Shown in pieces: positions 40,885 through 50,748 of a DNA stretch of 64,000 nt (its first letter is position 1; every line of letters begins with the position of its first letter). Under the pieces are notes generated by a model. It ran no database searches and had not been told where the DNA came from. It saw only the letters and a program-made list of their open reading frames with translations. The position numbers were made by a program, and so were the translations under genes. Source of the DNA: an uncultured bacterium (GTDB lineage Bacteria > Planctomycetota > UBA1135 > GCA-002686595). The DNA lies in NCBI GenBank assembly GCA_943787795.1, contig CALSNU010000004.1, forward strand, positions 672,001-736,000, in the 5' to 3' direction.

Positions 40885-41871
40885 ATGGCCACACCGATGT
40901 TCCCTCCTACCAATCCCGATGAGCCTCGCTCCCTGCGAGGCCTCCTGACCCGCACCGCGTTCTGTGGTGGACTCCTGCTCCTTGCCAGCAGCACCGCGCC
41001 GCCGCAGACGAGCGGCTTCCTCCAGGTCTCGTACCTGCCGGACCTGAGCGGGCTCGAGTACGCGGGCATGGACGTATTCCTCGCGGTCCACGACGCCAAG
41101 GACGAGCCGGCCGAGCTCAACCGACCGCGGGTCAGCCTGCTCATGTCGCCGCAGGACCCGCGGGGGGTCCTGTGGAAGCCGCTGCGCATGAATTGGCCCA
41201 CCCAGCCGAGCAACGACCTGGAGAGCGTGGCGCGCATCGGGAGCAGTGATCGCTATCTGCTCTGCGAGAGCGGCGACGACGACCCGCTTCGGACGCCGCG
41301 CATCTTCCGTGCGCTCGTCGCAGGGAACGAGATCGACATCGAGACCGAGGTGGACTGGCCGGTCCCGATCTCCAACGTGGAGGCGACGGCGGTGGCGCGG
41401 GTGCAGGGCCAGTTCTACTTCGTCTACGCCGAGCGTGCCGAGAACCAGCCCTCGACCCAACTGAACTGGGCACCCTTCAATCCAGGAACCATGCAGTTCG
41501 GCCCGTTCCAGTCGGTGACCCTCGACAACCCTGATCCGCAGAACACCGTCCGGGGCGTGGTGGGGCTCGAGGTGGACCCCGGTGGCCGCATCTACACGGT
41601 GGCCGCGTTCGACCCCGAGGCCGCGGGCCTGCCCGGTGATCCGGATTTTGGCCCGTTCAGGAGCTCGGTCTGGCGGGTGGGCCGGATCCGTCCCGCCATG
41701 GGGCCGGCGACCATCGACCTGGACCCCCAGCCCACCCGGGTCGCCACCATCGACGGCTTCAAGGCCGAGTCGGTGACCCTCGGCTTCGAGAACCAGCAGC
41801 CCACCATCTACGTTGGGTTTGACGACGAGAACTACGGGGGGACGCTGCGCCCCCTGGTTCCTGCTAACTGA
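40885..41871 (+). CDS. Secreted hypothetical protein, probable beta-propeller
   Basis: Signal-like N-terminus; repeated DLSGL / DLESVA / NVEATA / KAESVT blade-like motifs. Confidence 0.65.
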   Translation: MATPMFPPTNPDEPRSLRGLLTRTAFCGGLLLLASSTAPPQTSGFLQVSYLPDLSGLEYAGMDVFLAVHDAKDEPAELNRPRVSLLMSPQDPRGVLWKPLRMNWPTQPSNDLESVARIGSSDRYLLCESGDDDPLRTPRIFRALVAGNEIDIETEVDWPVPISNVEATAVARVQGQFYFVYAERAENQPSTQLNWAPFNPGTMQFGPFQSVTLDNPDPQNTVRGVVGLEVDPGGRIYTVAAFDPEAAGLPGDPDFGPFRSSVWRVGRIRPAMGPATIDLDPQPTRVATIDGFKAESVTLGFENQQPTIYVGFDDENYGGTLRPLVPAN

Positions 41872-41887
41872 GCTCGACAGCTCATCG

Positions 41888-41933
41888 GACCGGGGGCCGC
41901 CGCAGCGCTTGCAGCGGCCGCCCCCGGTCTTTC
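41888..41933 (+). terminator. Probable intrinsic terminator
   Basis: GACCGGGGGC...GCCCCCGGTC followed by TTT, 16 bp after the stop codon. Confidence 0.45.
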
Positions 41934-42606
41934 AGTGCTCGTCGCTCACCTCCACAGCTGGATCCGGAGTCAGAGTGCGAACTTGCAGCCATGGCTGCGG
42001 AAGAGGGGAGCGCAGGCACCCTGCCCGGATCGAACCCCCGGCAGAGGAAGAGGCACCACGGCCTAGGGGGGCCCGCGGAGACCGACTCGGCCCTCCAGTT
42101 GGCGTCGCAAGCACCGTGGTGGGTCTCGTGGATCACGCCCACCCATCACCGTCCCCTCCCTGCGCCTCCAGGCCAACCTGCACCTTCACACCCGCCTCGC
42201 TCCAGCGGACTGACCGGGGAGCGTCCGTCTGACGTCCAGGGTCCGCCCCGGCGCCGCGAGCCCTGGGGACGCGCCACGCGCCCAGCAGCTGCTCGCCCGG
42301 CAGCCGCTCGCCCAAGCCTGCCCCAAGTTCCCCTTGGGCCCACCCTCTCTCCAGCGCGCGGATCGCCCCGTGGGCCAAAGCGTCAACGGCCCCGCCGACC
42401 AAAGGGGACTGAGCCATGGGCCCGGACTCAGGTCCGACCACAAGCACCGGACACCGACGAGGTTGCCGCTGCACGCGGGTGCGCCGTCAAAGAGGTCGAC
42501 CCCCACCGTGGCGGCGGGGGTCGTCGAACACCTGGCCTTCAAGGGCCCGTCCCGCTCGACGCGGGGGCCGCCGGTCCACGGCTCACCCGCTCGGGCAGGT
42601 CCTCGC

Positions 42607-43305
42607 TCAGTAGTCGACGTCGCTCTTCGAGGCGATCAGCACGACCTCGCTGAGCCCCGGGAGGCCGCCGACGGCGCTCGCGAGCTCCTGGGCGCTCCGC
42701 CCCTCCTTCAGGACGATGTCGAACGTCATCTGCAGCGTCTCGCCGTCGCCCGCGTGCTCGATGTGAAGCAGGCTTGAGCGCTTGGACATCAGGTTGATCT
42801 GTTCCAGGTGTTCCGTGCTCTCGCTGCTCTTGTCGAGTCGGAAACGCAGGATGAACTCACTCTTGTAGAGGGCGCCGAAGTTCGTCGCGTTCAGCACCAG
42901 CGCGAGAGCCGATACCACGCCCGTCCCGATGCCAGCGAGGACGAAGTTGCTCGTTCCGGCCGCCATCCCCACGGCAAGCGCGAGAAAGACATACGCAGTG
43001 TCCTTCGTGTCCTTGACCACCGTGCGGAACCGGATGATCGACAGCGCTCCGACAAGCGCGAAGGCCCGCGTCATACTGTTGCCGATGACCATCATCACGA
43101 TCGCGACGATCACTCCGACGAAGACGATCGTCAGCGTGAACGACTGCGAGTACGAGAGTCCCTTGTGCGTGTGGCGATAGAGGAGCGCCACAAACAAACC
43201 GAGGACGATCGCGACCGCGAGGTTCGTGACGATCTCGAACGGACCGTAGATGTCCGGTTGAGCGGAGGCAGCCTGTTGAGTGAGGGTCTCTTGGAGCGTG
43301 GGCAT
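42607..43305 (-). CDS. DUF4956-family membrane protein
   Basis: AFALVGALSIIRFRTVVKDTKD, LAVGMAAG; adjacent to a VTC gene as is usual for this family. Confidence 0.9.
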   Translation of the reverse strand: MPTLQETLTQQAASAQPDIYGPFEIVTNLAVAIVLGLFVALLYRHTHKGLSYSQSFTLTIVFVGVIVAIVMMVIGNSMTRAFALVGALSIIRFRTVVKDTKDTAYVFLALAVGMAAGTSNFVLAGIGTGVVSALALVLNATNFGALYKSEFILRFRLDKSSESTEHLEQINLMSKRSSLLHIEHAGDGETLQMTFDIVLKEGRSAQELASAVGGLPGLSEVVLIASKSDVDY

Positions 43306-43389
43306 CGGAGGGAGATGGAAGGAGCTTGTTGGGGGCGAGCGCCGTCATGACGCGGTTCGTGCTGGGCGCGATACGCGAGGGCGGCGAAT

Positions 43390-44172
43390 TCAGCCGTAGT
43401 CTTCGACCTGATCCAGCGCGTGCATGCAGGCGCAGAACTTCGAGATGGAGACGCGGCGTAGTTCGGTGGACTGGATCAGCCGGTGGAACCACTTGGGGAG
43501 GTGGAAGCGGAACTTCACCTCGAGGATGGTGTAGCCGGGGAGGACGGCACGCGAGCGAGCAGCGCTCCCAGGGAACAGTGAATCGGTGGCGACGCCCTGG
43601 AGCGAGTCGTCGAAGGTCATTCGAAACTCGGGGTCGTACTTGCTGACGTACGGGCGCCTGCGGTAATCGACGAGCGTGACGGGCTTGATCCGTCGACGGT
43701 GCAGGTCGAACTCGAACTGCTCCCGAATCGGGCCGGGCGCGAGTCGCGCCAGGAGGTCATGGGTCGTCGCGTTCGGAAAGGGCAGCCCATGGAGGCCGGA
43801 GCCGGTAGCCCTTGCCAGCGGCGTCCTGTGCTTGAACACGAGGTTGTTGTGCCGCCCCTTGATCTCGAGGAACTGGGGTGTCTCGGAGCGCGGGTCCTTC
43901 GTGTAGGTCCGCAGGCGGAACTTCTTCCGGTGCTTGAGCCCCTCCTCCTTCTCCCAGTAATGCGTCCGCTGGTCGTTGTCGAAGTAGAGGCTGCGCACGA
44001 AGTACTTCGAACCAGGCTGGCCGGCGACGAACGGATCCAGCTCCACGAAGTACTGGAACTGCGTCTCGAGTTCCTCCCGGAGGTCCCTGGGCAGGAGGTA
44101 CTTGAACTCGAAACGCGAGAAGTGGAGCTTCGTTTGTCCGGCCTGCTGGCCTGTCTCGGTTTGCGCGGGCAT
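43390..44172 (-). CDS. VTC / polyphosphate polymerase domain protein (CYTH superfamily)
   Basis: RFEFKY, VRSLYFD, RKKFRLRTY, FLEIK, RMTFD, ILEVKF, SISKF. Confidence 0.92.
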   Translation of the reverse strand: MPAQTETGQQAGQTKLHFSRFEFKYLLPRDLREELETQFQYFVELDPFVAGQPGSKYFVRSLYFDNDQRTHYWEKEEGLKHRKKFRLRTYTKDPRSETPQFLEIKGRHNNLVFKHRTPLARATGSGLHGLPFPNATTHDLLARLAPGPIREQFEFDLHRRRIKPVTLVDYRRRPYVSKYDPEFRMTFDDSLQGVATDSLFPGSAARSRAVLPGYTILEVKFRFHLPKWFHRLIQSTELRRVSISKFCACMHALDQVEDYG

Positions 44173-44294
44173 CGTTCTTGTTCCTTGAGAGCGGCCTGGG
44201 CCTGCCCGAAGAGACTATCCGCCCCCTGGGCAGGGAGGGCGTCTCCGTCGTTGTCCTCGACAGATCGCAACTTCGAAATGGAGCTTCGATCGGT

Positions 44295-47204
44295 TCATTT
44301 TCGGGCACGCACGCCGCGGGCTCGCGGGTCCACCTCGGCCCAGAACGGGCGGAAGAACTCGAGCGCCGCCTGCTCCTCTTCTGGGAAGCGAAGGAGACCC
44401 CGATACTTCGCCGCCCGGCTCGGCCCCACATCACAGGTGGCGTCCAGCCGGACCCGCTTGGTCGATTCGACCCGTGGGCTCACGAGGCTATCGTGTACGA
44501 GGATCCGGGAGTGCTTGTCAGCGGTCAGCATCGAGCCGTTGCCCTTGATGACCGACTTGTAGACGTAGCCGAAGCCGCCGGAGTCGTACCGCCAATTCTT
44601 CTTGTAAGCGTCGATCCCCTGCCGGTTCCCGCTCACCTCGCAGTTGTAGACGACCGCCTGCGAGCGGTCCTTGATCTGCATTCCGATCTCGCAGTCCTTG
44701 ATCGCGCAGTTCAGGGCGAACGCACGCGTGTCTTCGCCAACTGACACGCCCTTGTCGATGCTCCCTTCGATCCAGCAATCGCGCATGACCACATTCGAGG
44801 TCATGAGGTCGAGGGCGTCGTTGCCCGAATCAAGGAACTTGCACCGCTCGAGCAGAGCATCGCTGATGTCCAGGTCCACCGCATCGAAGAGCGAGCGCGC
44901 GAACGTGCAGTCCGCAAAGCGGATCGTCCCGTAGACCACGTGCACCATGTCATCCACATGGACTCCGGCGTCCGAGCCCTCGAAGGAGCGGTCGGGCATC
45001 TCGCCGTTGAGGTTCTGACTGTCACGGAAGAGGCAGCTGCGGACGACCGCGTCGTCCACCTCGTGGACGGAGAACATCGCGCTGTACTCGGCGAGCGGGA
45101 CCTTGTAGCCGCTGCCGAGGCTCATCTCGCACCAGGCGAGCTCCGAGCCGTCGGCGCCGTGTCCGCGGATGGCGAACGAGCCCCAGGGGATCTGCCCCTC
45201 CTGCGCAGGCTCCACCCGGATAGGCGCCTCCTCCGTCCCGATCGCCGTCAGGCGCCCCTCAAAGATCAGAGACGCTCCGGGCGCCATCTTGAGGACGGTC
45301 CCGGGCGCGATCACGATGTCATCCTCGATCGTCTGGACACCCTCGAACTCGAGCTCGCCGCTCCACGCCTGTGGCACGCGCAGCGGTACCGCGCGGGCCA
45401 CCGAGGTGGCCTGCGCAAAGGCGATTGGCTCGATCCGGTCGAGGCGGCTGGCGCCGACCCGGACATCGCCCGCGTGGTACCCGGCGACACCGATCACGGA
45501 GTTGCCAGCGAAGCCATCCCCGCCGAGGGTCAGATCGTACGTCGCCGGCTGCACGTTGATGACGTTGCGGAGCCGTGTCGGCAGCTTGTCTTCCTCCACC
45601 CGGATGAACTGGGAGACCAGCGGAACATCGACCGTCACCCTGGACCCCTGCTGGATTACGGCGCCTGAGACGTCGATGCTCTGCACGCCACCGTCGAGGT
45701 CAGCCCACGCTAGACGAGCCGTCACCCGCCCGTCGGGGGGCGTCGCGAGCGCCAGCTCAAGACTCTCGAATGGCCGGCGCCCATCGACCCGAAGGCGCAG
45801 GGAGCCGGCCGCCCCCGCCGCGACCGCGTACTCGAGGATCGCAGGCGCACGGTAGGTGTCCGAGAGGTCGCGGGCGATACCCATGACATCGTCACGGAGC
45901 TTCGCCTGGGCCGCAAAGACCTCCCCTGGTGTCAGCATCTTCGCCACATAGCAGAGGCCCGGGTCCCGTTCGATGGAAGGGCGGATCTGCGCCAGCAGCT
46001 CATCGAGATACTCAACGAGCCGTCCATTGAGCCCGGTCTCGAAGAAGGCGTCCATCGCCCGCTGCCGTGCGACGATGAACGCGCTGTCCTCGAGGAGGAC
46101 CTCGTCAATCCGCGCCGTGACGATGTCCGCCACCGCCGGCCGGCCCGGGCGCGGGAGCCACCCGATGTGCCACCCCACCGGATCCCAGACCGCGGGTTCG
46201 AATCGGTTGCGCCAGGGATCGTAGTAGAGGCGCCAGTTGTGCGTCTCGCCGTAATGGAACGTCTGGCAAAGGGACCTGTATGCGGCGTACTTGCCGAACG
46301 CGTCCATGTCGAGGAGCTCATTCAGCGCGTCGGCGCGGTCAAGGGAGGGGGGCGCACCGAGGAGGTCGATCAGGCGGTCAAGCGCGGCGTCCTCCTCGAC
46401 GGCAAAGTGGTTGTTGATCGCCAGCTTCTCCCAGAGCCCCTTGTTCTCGAACACACGGTTCCCAATGCCGCGGAACGAGTTGCGCTTCACGATGTCGCCC
46501 GAGTACAGGTCCCCCGGCATGCGCCCGTGCGTCCGGATGGTCATCTCCTCCATCTGCTCAAAAGACTCATAGACGCCTCGGTAGCTGCCGTTGATGGTCA
46601 GCTCGACCATCTCGCTGCGGGGAGCGATCAGTCCCATCTCGCGCGCGAGGTAGTAGGAGAGGTGCCCCGAGACCTGATCCGGCATCTTCGGCGCATTGAG
46701 GTTGATGCCCCGAATACGCTCGAAGAGGCTCTTCTTCTTCGTCTTGATCCGCAGCGACTGCTTGCGACCCGCCCAGTGCCAGAAGTGGTCGCCCCGCATC
46801 TTCACCCGAACCTCGCGGAGCGACCCGTCTGGATAGACGAGCGCCGCCTCGACGTATTGCCGCCCAGAGTGCGGGAGATCCTCAAGGAGTGCGTCCTCCG
46901 CCGCCTCCGGGAGGAAGACGTTGAGCGAGCGGATCCCGTCCTCGGGGGTTCGCCTCCGCGGCCGCGCGGCCAGCTCGACATCACGCAGGATCATGCGTGC
47001 CTCGAGCGAACCGATCCTCTCAAGGTCAACGGACCCGTTCAGGCTCTCAAAACTACGACCATAGTCGACGTAGTGGTCGATCGTCCGAACGCACCAGAGC
47101 GCGAACGCTGCTCCGATCGGGACCGTCACCAGCAGGCTCCACCTCCAGACGAAAGAGAGCAGAGCGCGTACCGTCGCGCCGGTTGTCGTGTCGCGGTTCG
47201 TCAT
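44295..47204 (-). CDS. CotH-family kinase with C-terminal right-handed beta-helix
   Basis: VKMRGDHFWHW...KQSLRIK, INGSYRGVY..EQ, HNWRLYYDP...EPAVWD; C-terminal DAVDLD/DALDL/DKGVSVGE repeats. Confidence 0.85.
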   Translation of the reverse strand: MTNRDTTTGATVRALLSFVWRWSLLVTVPIGAAFALWCVRTIDHYVDYGRSFESLNGSVDLERIGSLEARMILRDVELAARPRRRTPEDGIRSLNVFLPEAAEDALLEDLPHSGRQYVEAALVYPDGSLREVRVKMRGDHFWHWAGRKQSLRIKTKKKSLFERIRGINLNAPKMPDQVSGHLSYYLAREMGLIAPRSEMVELTINGSYRGVYESFEQMEEMTIRTHGRMPGDLYSGDIVKRNSFRGIGNRVFENKGLWEKLAINNHFAVEEDAALDRLIDLLGAPPSLDRADALNELLDMDAFGKYAAYRSLCQTFHYGETHNWRLYYDPWRNRFEPAVWDPVGWHIGWLPRPGRPAVADIVTARIDEVLLEDSAFIVARQRAMDAFFETGLNGRLVEYLDELLAQIRPSIERDPGLCYVAKMLTPGEVFAAQAKLRDDVMGIARDLSDTYRAPAILEYAVAAGAAGSLRLRVDGRRPFESLELALATPPDGRVTARLAWADLDGGVQSIDVSGAVIQQGSRVTVDVPLVSQFIRVEEDKLPTRLRNVINVQPATYDLTLGGDGFAGNSVIGVAGYHAGDVRVGASRLDRIEPIAFAQATSVARAVPLRVPQAWSGELEFEGVQTIEDDIVIAPGTVLKMAPGASLIFEGRLTAIGTEEAPIRVEPAQEGQIPWGSFAIRGHGADGSELAWCEMSLGSGYKVPLAEYSAMFSVHEVDDAVVRSCLFRDSQNLNGEMPDRSFEGSDAGVHVDDMVHVVYGTIRFADCTFARSLFDAVDLDISDALLERCKFLDSGNDALDLMTSNVVMRDCWIEGSIDKGVSVGEDTRAFALNCAIKDCEIGMQIKDRSQAVVYNCEVSGNRQGIDAYKKNWRYDSGGFGYVYKSVIKGNGSMLTADKHSRILVHDSLVSPRVESTKRVRLDATCDVGPSRAAKYRGLLRFPEEEQAALEFFRPFWAEVDPRARGVRARK

Positions 47205-47212
47205 GTCTTGGA

Positions 47213-48304
47213 TCAGCGAAGAGCTGCCTCGAGTCGCGTGACCATGGGCTCGCCAAACTCCGCGATGAGCGCCGATCGATCGGCGCCTTGCGCCGCGTCC
47301 CGCAGCAACTTCCGGGTCGCAACGTCGAGGCTTGTCCGGACCTGGGCGATGATCCGAACCTCTGTTACTGGCCGAGTTCGAGCGGCCTCAGGCACCTCGA
47401 GCACGAGGAAGGGATCGGCCCCGCCCCCATACCGCAGGCGATCACCGATGCGCTCGACGTTTGCCAACCGCGCGACCTCCCCCATGCCAAGCGTGGTGTC
47501 GCCTCCGTCGGCATGACTGAGTCGCACGTTGAGGTCTTCGAGGTCGAGATGTGCCCCAACGGGGAGGTCGAGCCGGACCTTCGACAGCGGCGTTGGTCCC
47601 GCCTCGACGGCGAGCGTCCAGCCCAAGGCCCCGGCGTCGCTGATGTCGAGCTTGGCGCGGGCTCTTTGCGGCGGCCCCTGTCCAGGAGAGAGGAAAGCCT
47701 CCCAGGTTCCGGGGCCGAGGCCGAGCGGGCCCCTCTCGCCGAGGCCCAGGATGACCTGGAGCGCGCGGTCGGCGTCCCCCGCACGCGTGAGCGCCTCGAG
47801 GTAAGGGCGCGCGATGCGCGGCGTGGTGCCCCCGATCCGCGCAGCACCTTCGAGGACGGCCAGCGCCTCCTGATGGCGGCCAAGGAGGCCGAGGAGTCTT
47901 GCTCGACGGAGCGCGTTCAGGAGATCCCGCTCGTCGTGGGCGAACAGCTCCTCGGCGTACGAAAGGGCGAGCTCGTTCCGGCCCTCCTCCGCGAGAAGGT
48001 CGGCGAGGAGCCCCAGGGCCTCGATCCGTGAGCGCTCGAGGCGATCGCCACGCTGGGCCGAGCGCAGCTCCGGGACACGGGCCTCCAGCGTCGCGATCGC
48101 GTCAGCGCGGCGACCGGCCGCGGCGAGATTCTTGGCGCGCTGGAGGTCTCGCTGCGCGTCATGGACGTATCGCCGCACGAGGTGGGTGTCCACTCGCTCG
48201 ACCAGCGACGGGTGTTGACTCCAGATGTATGCCGCCGCAGCGCAGGCCGCGCTTGCTGCGAGGAAGAGCGCCCTCACCACATCGAGGATCCTCCGCGTGC
48301 TCAT
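47213..48304 (-). CDS. Membrane-anchored TPR-repeat protein
   Basis: N-terminal TM then TPR-like helices (ARLLGLLGRHQEALAVLE). Confidence 0.7.
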   Translation of the reverse strand: MSTRRILDVVRALFLAASAACAAAAYIWSQHPSLVERVDTHLVRRYVHDAQRDLQRAKNLAAAGRRADAIATLEARVPELRSAQRGDRLERSRIEALGLLADLLAEEGRNELALSYAEELFAHDERDLLNALRRARLLGLLGRHQEALAVLEGAARIGGTTPRIARPYLEALTRAGDADRALQVILGLGERGPLGLGPGTWEAFLSPGQGPPQRARAKLDISDAGALGWTLAVEAGPTPLSKVRLDLPVGAHLDLEDLNVRLSHADGGDTTLGMGEVARLANVERIGDRLRYGGGADPFLVLEVPEAARTRPVTEVRIIAQVRTSLDVATRKLLRDAAQGADRSALIAEFGEPMVTRLEAALR

Positions 48305-49884
48305 CGGCCGGCCTCCGACGTGACGTTGGACGGGGTGGCAGAGTCAAGCGGGTCGGAAAAGAGCGCCAGCTCGAGCAGGTCTTCGATCATCTGATAATCC
48401 CCCGCGATGTGCGGCGACTCGATGCGCACCTCGAGCTCGTCGAGTGTCCACGGCTCACCGGTGATCGGGTTACGCGCTGGAAGAGCAACATCGAACGTCG
48501 CCGTCTCCTCGGGCGGCAACTGAACCGCCTGCTCTCGGAACATCCGGCCGGCGCCCGTGCGGGGATTCTCGGGGCGGGGACCCCAGCGGACGTACATGGC
48601 CACAGCCTTGTCGTGCGGGTTCCGAGCAGACACGCGCAGGCCGTGAAACGCGGTGCTCCTCAGGTCAATGCCCTGGATCTCAACTGCCCTTGGGATCTGG
48701 GGGTGCCCCTTCGCCATCGGGAGAAGGTCCCGCACCGTGACCTTTTCTCGTTTGCTTCGCAGCGTCCAGGCCCGGGCGGCCTTGCCCATGGCCGCATTCC
48801 GGAGTCGGACGACGACCTCATAGGGACGGACCTCGACGTCGTAGAAGTCAGCCGGCGGCCCGCCATTCGTCCCAGCAAAGAAGTAGTCGGCGCCCCGAAG
48901 ATCACCCTGGTGGCTGCCTGAGCCATCACCTCCAAAGATCGCGTCAACGCCCCCGTCAACGAGCGCGTCCGCGAGTTGATCGAACGAGCCATCGCGCGGT
49001 GGATTGGCGCCCCCGAGGAACGCAAGGCGGAACTCGGAGCGGCTGCCCCTCAACTCCCGCTCAATCCAGTCAACCTGTGCCGCGAGGTCGTCGCTGTCCA
49101 CTGAGTGGTAGGCCACCGAGAGGAAGTGGACGTTGCCGCGTACGAATGAGTAGTAAGCCCCTCGCTCGCTTGCGTAGTCATGGGGAAACAGACGCCGGAA
49201 GATCGAATAGTCCCACGCGTACTCAGCCGGAAAGCCACCGTCGTGATTGCCCGCGGCCGGATAGATCGGCAAGCGCCGAGAGAGCCTCGAGAACGGTCGA
49301 ATAAAGAGCTCTTCGAAGCTCTCTTCACTCGTGAAGTAGCAGAGATCGCCCGTACAGAGCACGAAGTCTGGCTCAACGTCAACGAGCGCCTGAGCGAGAG
49401 CAGCCGCCGGATAGGAATTCACGGGCGCAGACCCGCCGGGGTGCCCGAACACCGCGAAGCGTTGGGTGGCGCCAGGCCGCGGCGTCCGGACGTTACCGGA
49501 GTAGATCCCGCCGACCTCGTAGCGGTAGGTCGAGCCGGGCACCAGGCCTTCGAAGCGGATCCGGTGGTGCCGTGTGGCGGCCGCCTCGACCCCTTCCGCC
49601 ACCCCGTCCTCGCCGATGAGGCGCGCCTCTCCGATCGAGGCCGACGACGAGGTCCATGCGAGGGCCACTGCGGTCTCGCCGATGTCGACGACGTAGGGCG
49701 CGATGGAGACGTTGACCTCAGGGCCGAGTTCCCGGACGGCCTGACCCGTCTGCTCGTTGGGCAGCAACGCAGGCGGCTGCGACGGCGGCTCCTCCGCCCC
49801 GCTTGGACCGCAGCCGAGGGCCAGGCAGGCGAGGAGGGTTGGTCCCACAAGAAGATCGGGAGCAGCGAGGGCGATCAGGGGCAT
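48301..49884 (-). CDS. Lipoprotein with FN3-like and metallophosphoesterase (purple acid phosphatase-like) domains
   Basis: LALG-C lipobox; HRIRFEGLVPGSTYRYEV; TGDLCY, GNHD, YYSF. Confidence 0.8.
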   Translation of the reverse strand: MPLIALAAPDLLVGPTLLACLALGCGPSGAEEPPSQPPALLPNEQTGQAVRELGPEVNVSIAPYVVDIGETAVALAWTSSSASIGEARLIGEDGVAEGVEAAATRHHRIRFEGLVPGSTYRYEVGGIYSGNVRTPRPGATQRFAVFGHPGGSAPVNSYPAAALAQALVDVEPDFVLCTGDLCYFTSEESFEELFIRPFSRLSRRLPIYPAAGNHDGGFPAEYAWDYSIFRRLFPHDYASERGAYYSFVRGNVHFLSVAYHSVDSDDLAAQVDWIERELRGSRSEFRLAFLGGANPPRDGSFDQLADALVDGGVDAIFGGDGSGSHQGDLRGADYFFAGTNGGPPADFYDVEVRPYEVVVRLRNAAMGKAARAWTLRSKREKVTVRDLLPMAKGHPQIPRAVEIQGIDLRSTAFHGLRVSARNPHDKAVAMYVRWGPRPENPRTGAGRMFREQAVQLPPEETATFDVALPARNPITGEPWTLDELEVRIESPHIAGDYQMIEDLLELALFSDPLDSATPSNVTSEAGR

Positions 49885-50189
49885 CGTGAGGCGAGACAGA
49901 AGATCGAGGCGCGCATGAGCGAGGAGTCGGTGGGGGATAGAAGATACCCGCTTGCGCTACCCCAAGGCCTCGTGTTTTGGAGCCCTGGAACCTGAGCCCA
50001 ACCGCCCCGGGGGAGGTCGAGGCGCTTCGATGCGCCCCGGCACGAGACCCTCGCGCGGGGCGGCTACTCCTGGTCCCTGAGCGGCGAACATGAGTCTCGA
50101 AGAGAGAGCGCGCCCCTCGATCGGCCTCGATGATCTCCAGCCCGGTTCCGAGCCCCACCCCGGCAAGGCACCTTGGATCTCCTAGCCGT

Positions 50190-50266
50190 CCGCCAGTCCC
50201 TCCTGACCCCCTTCACCCCCAACGACCTCCTGCTCCGTCAAGGTGCAGCTTGGACCACTTGTCCTC
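50190..50266 (+). mobile_element. Degenerate oriIS end, copy 10
   Basis: CCCCTTCACCCCCAACGACCTCCTGCTCCGTCAAGGTGCAGCTTGGACCACTTGTCCTC. Confidence 0.6.
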
Positions 50267-50343
50267 GGAGGTCCTTGTCTGCGCACCGGCGACTCTGGCG
50301 GTAAGGAAGAAGACGGCGGATGGGGTGGGTCAAGGCCTCACGT

Positions 50344-50590
50344 TCAGCGGAGCTTGCGCCCGCAGGCGTCGAAGACCGGCGCGCCGCCGGTCATCAAGTG
50401 GTGGGCGGCGCCGCCGATCTCGAGGGTCTCGCCTCCCCGGCGCGCTTCGCCGTCCACGAACTGGAGGGTCCAGACGTCGCCGACGTGGAGATAGGCGGCC
50501 TTGCCGTTCGACGCCACGTTCTGGAGGGTCGCCGTGCCGTCGTAGATCGAGAGGTGCAGGTCGCCGCCCTTGGGCCGGATGCTCCGATCT
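50344..50590 (-). pseudogene. Headless 3' gene fragment of unknown family
   Basis: GC3-rich frame IRPKGGDLHLSIYDGTATLQNVASNGKAAYLHVGDVWTLQFVDGEARRGGETLEIGG...RKLR* with no evident start. Confidence 0.45.
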
Positions 50591-50748
50591 GGACCGTTGC
50601 TCTCAGATTGTTGGGTCGACGCGCCTTCGTAGAGGACGCCTGGAGTCGTCTCAGGCGCCTTCTCTTGATTCGACGCGCAGGCCGGCGAGGTCCAGTGCCA
50701 GCGTCAGGCAGGGGGTCGTGGGGTGGAGCAGCAGGTTCGTGCTGTCGG

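Noticed and set aside
42400..42600. Possible further IS91 transposase tail (PTVAAGVVEHL...STRGPP) in the long 41872-42606 intergenic region
   Set aside because: Similarity is too weak by eye and no ori hairpin follows. It needs a profile search.
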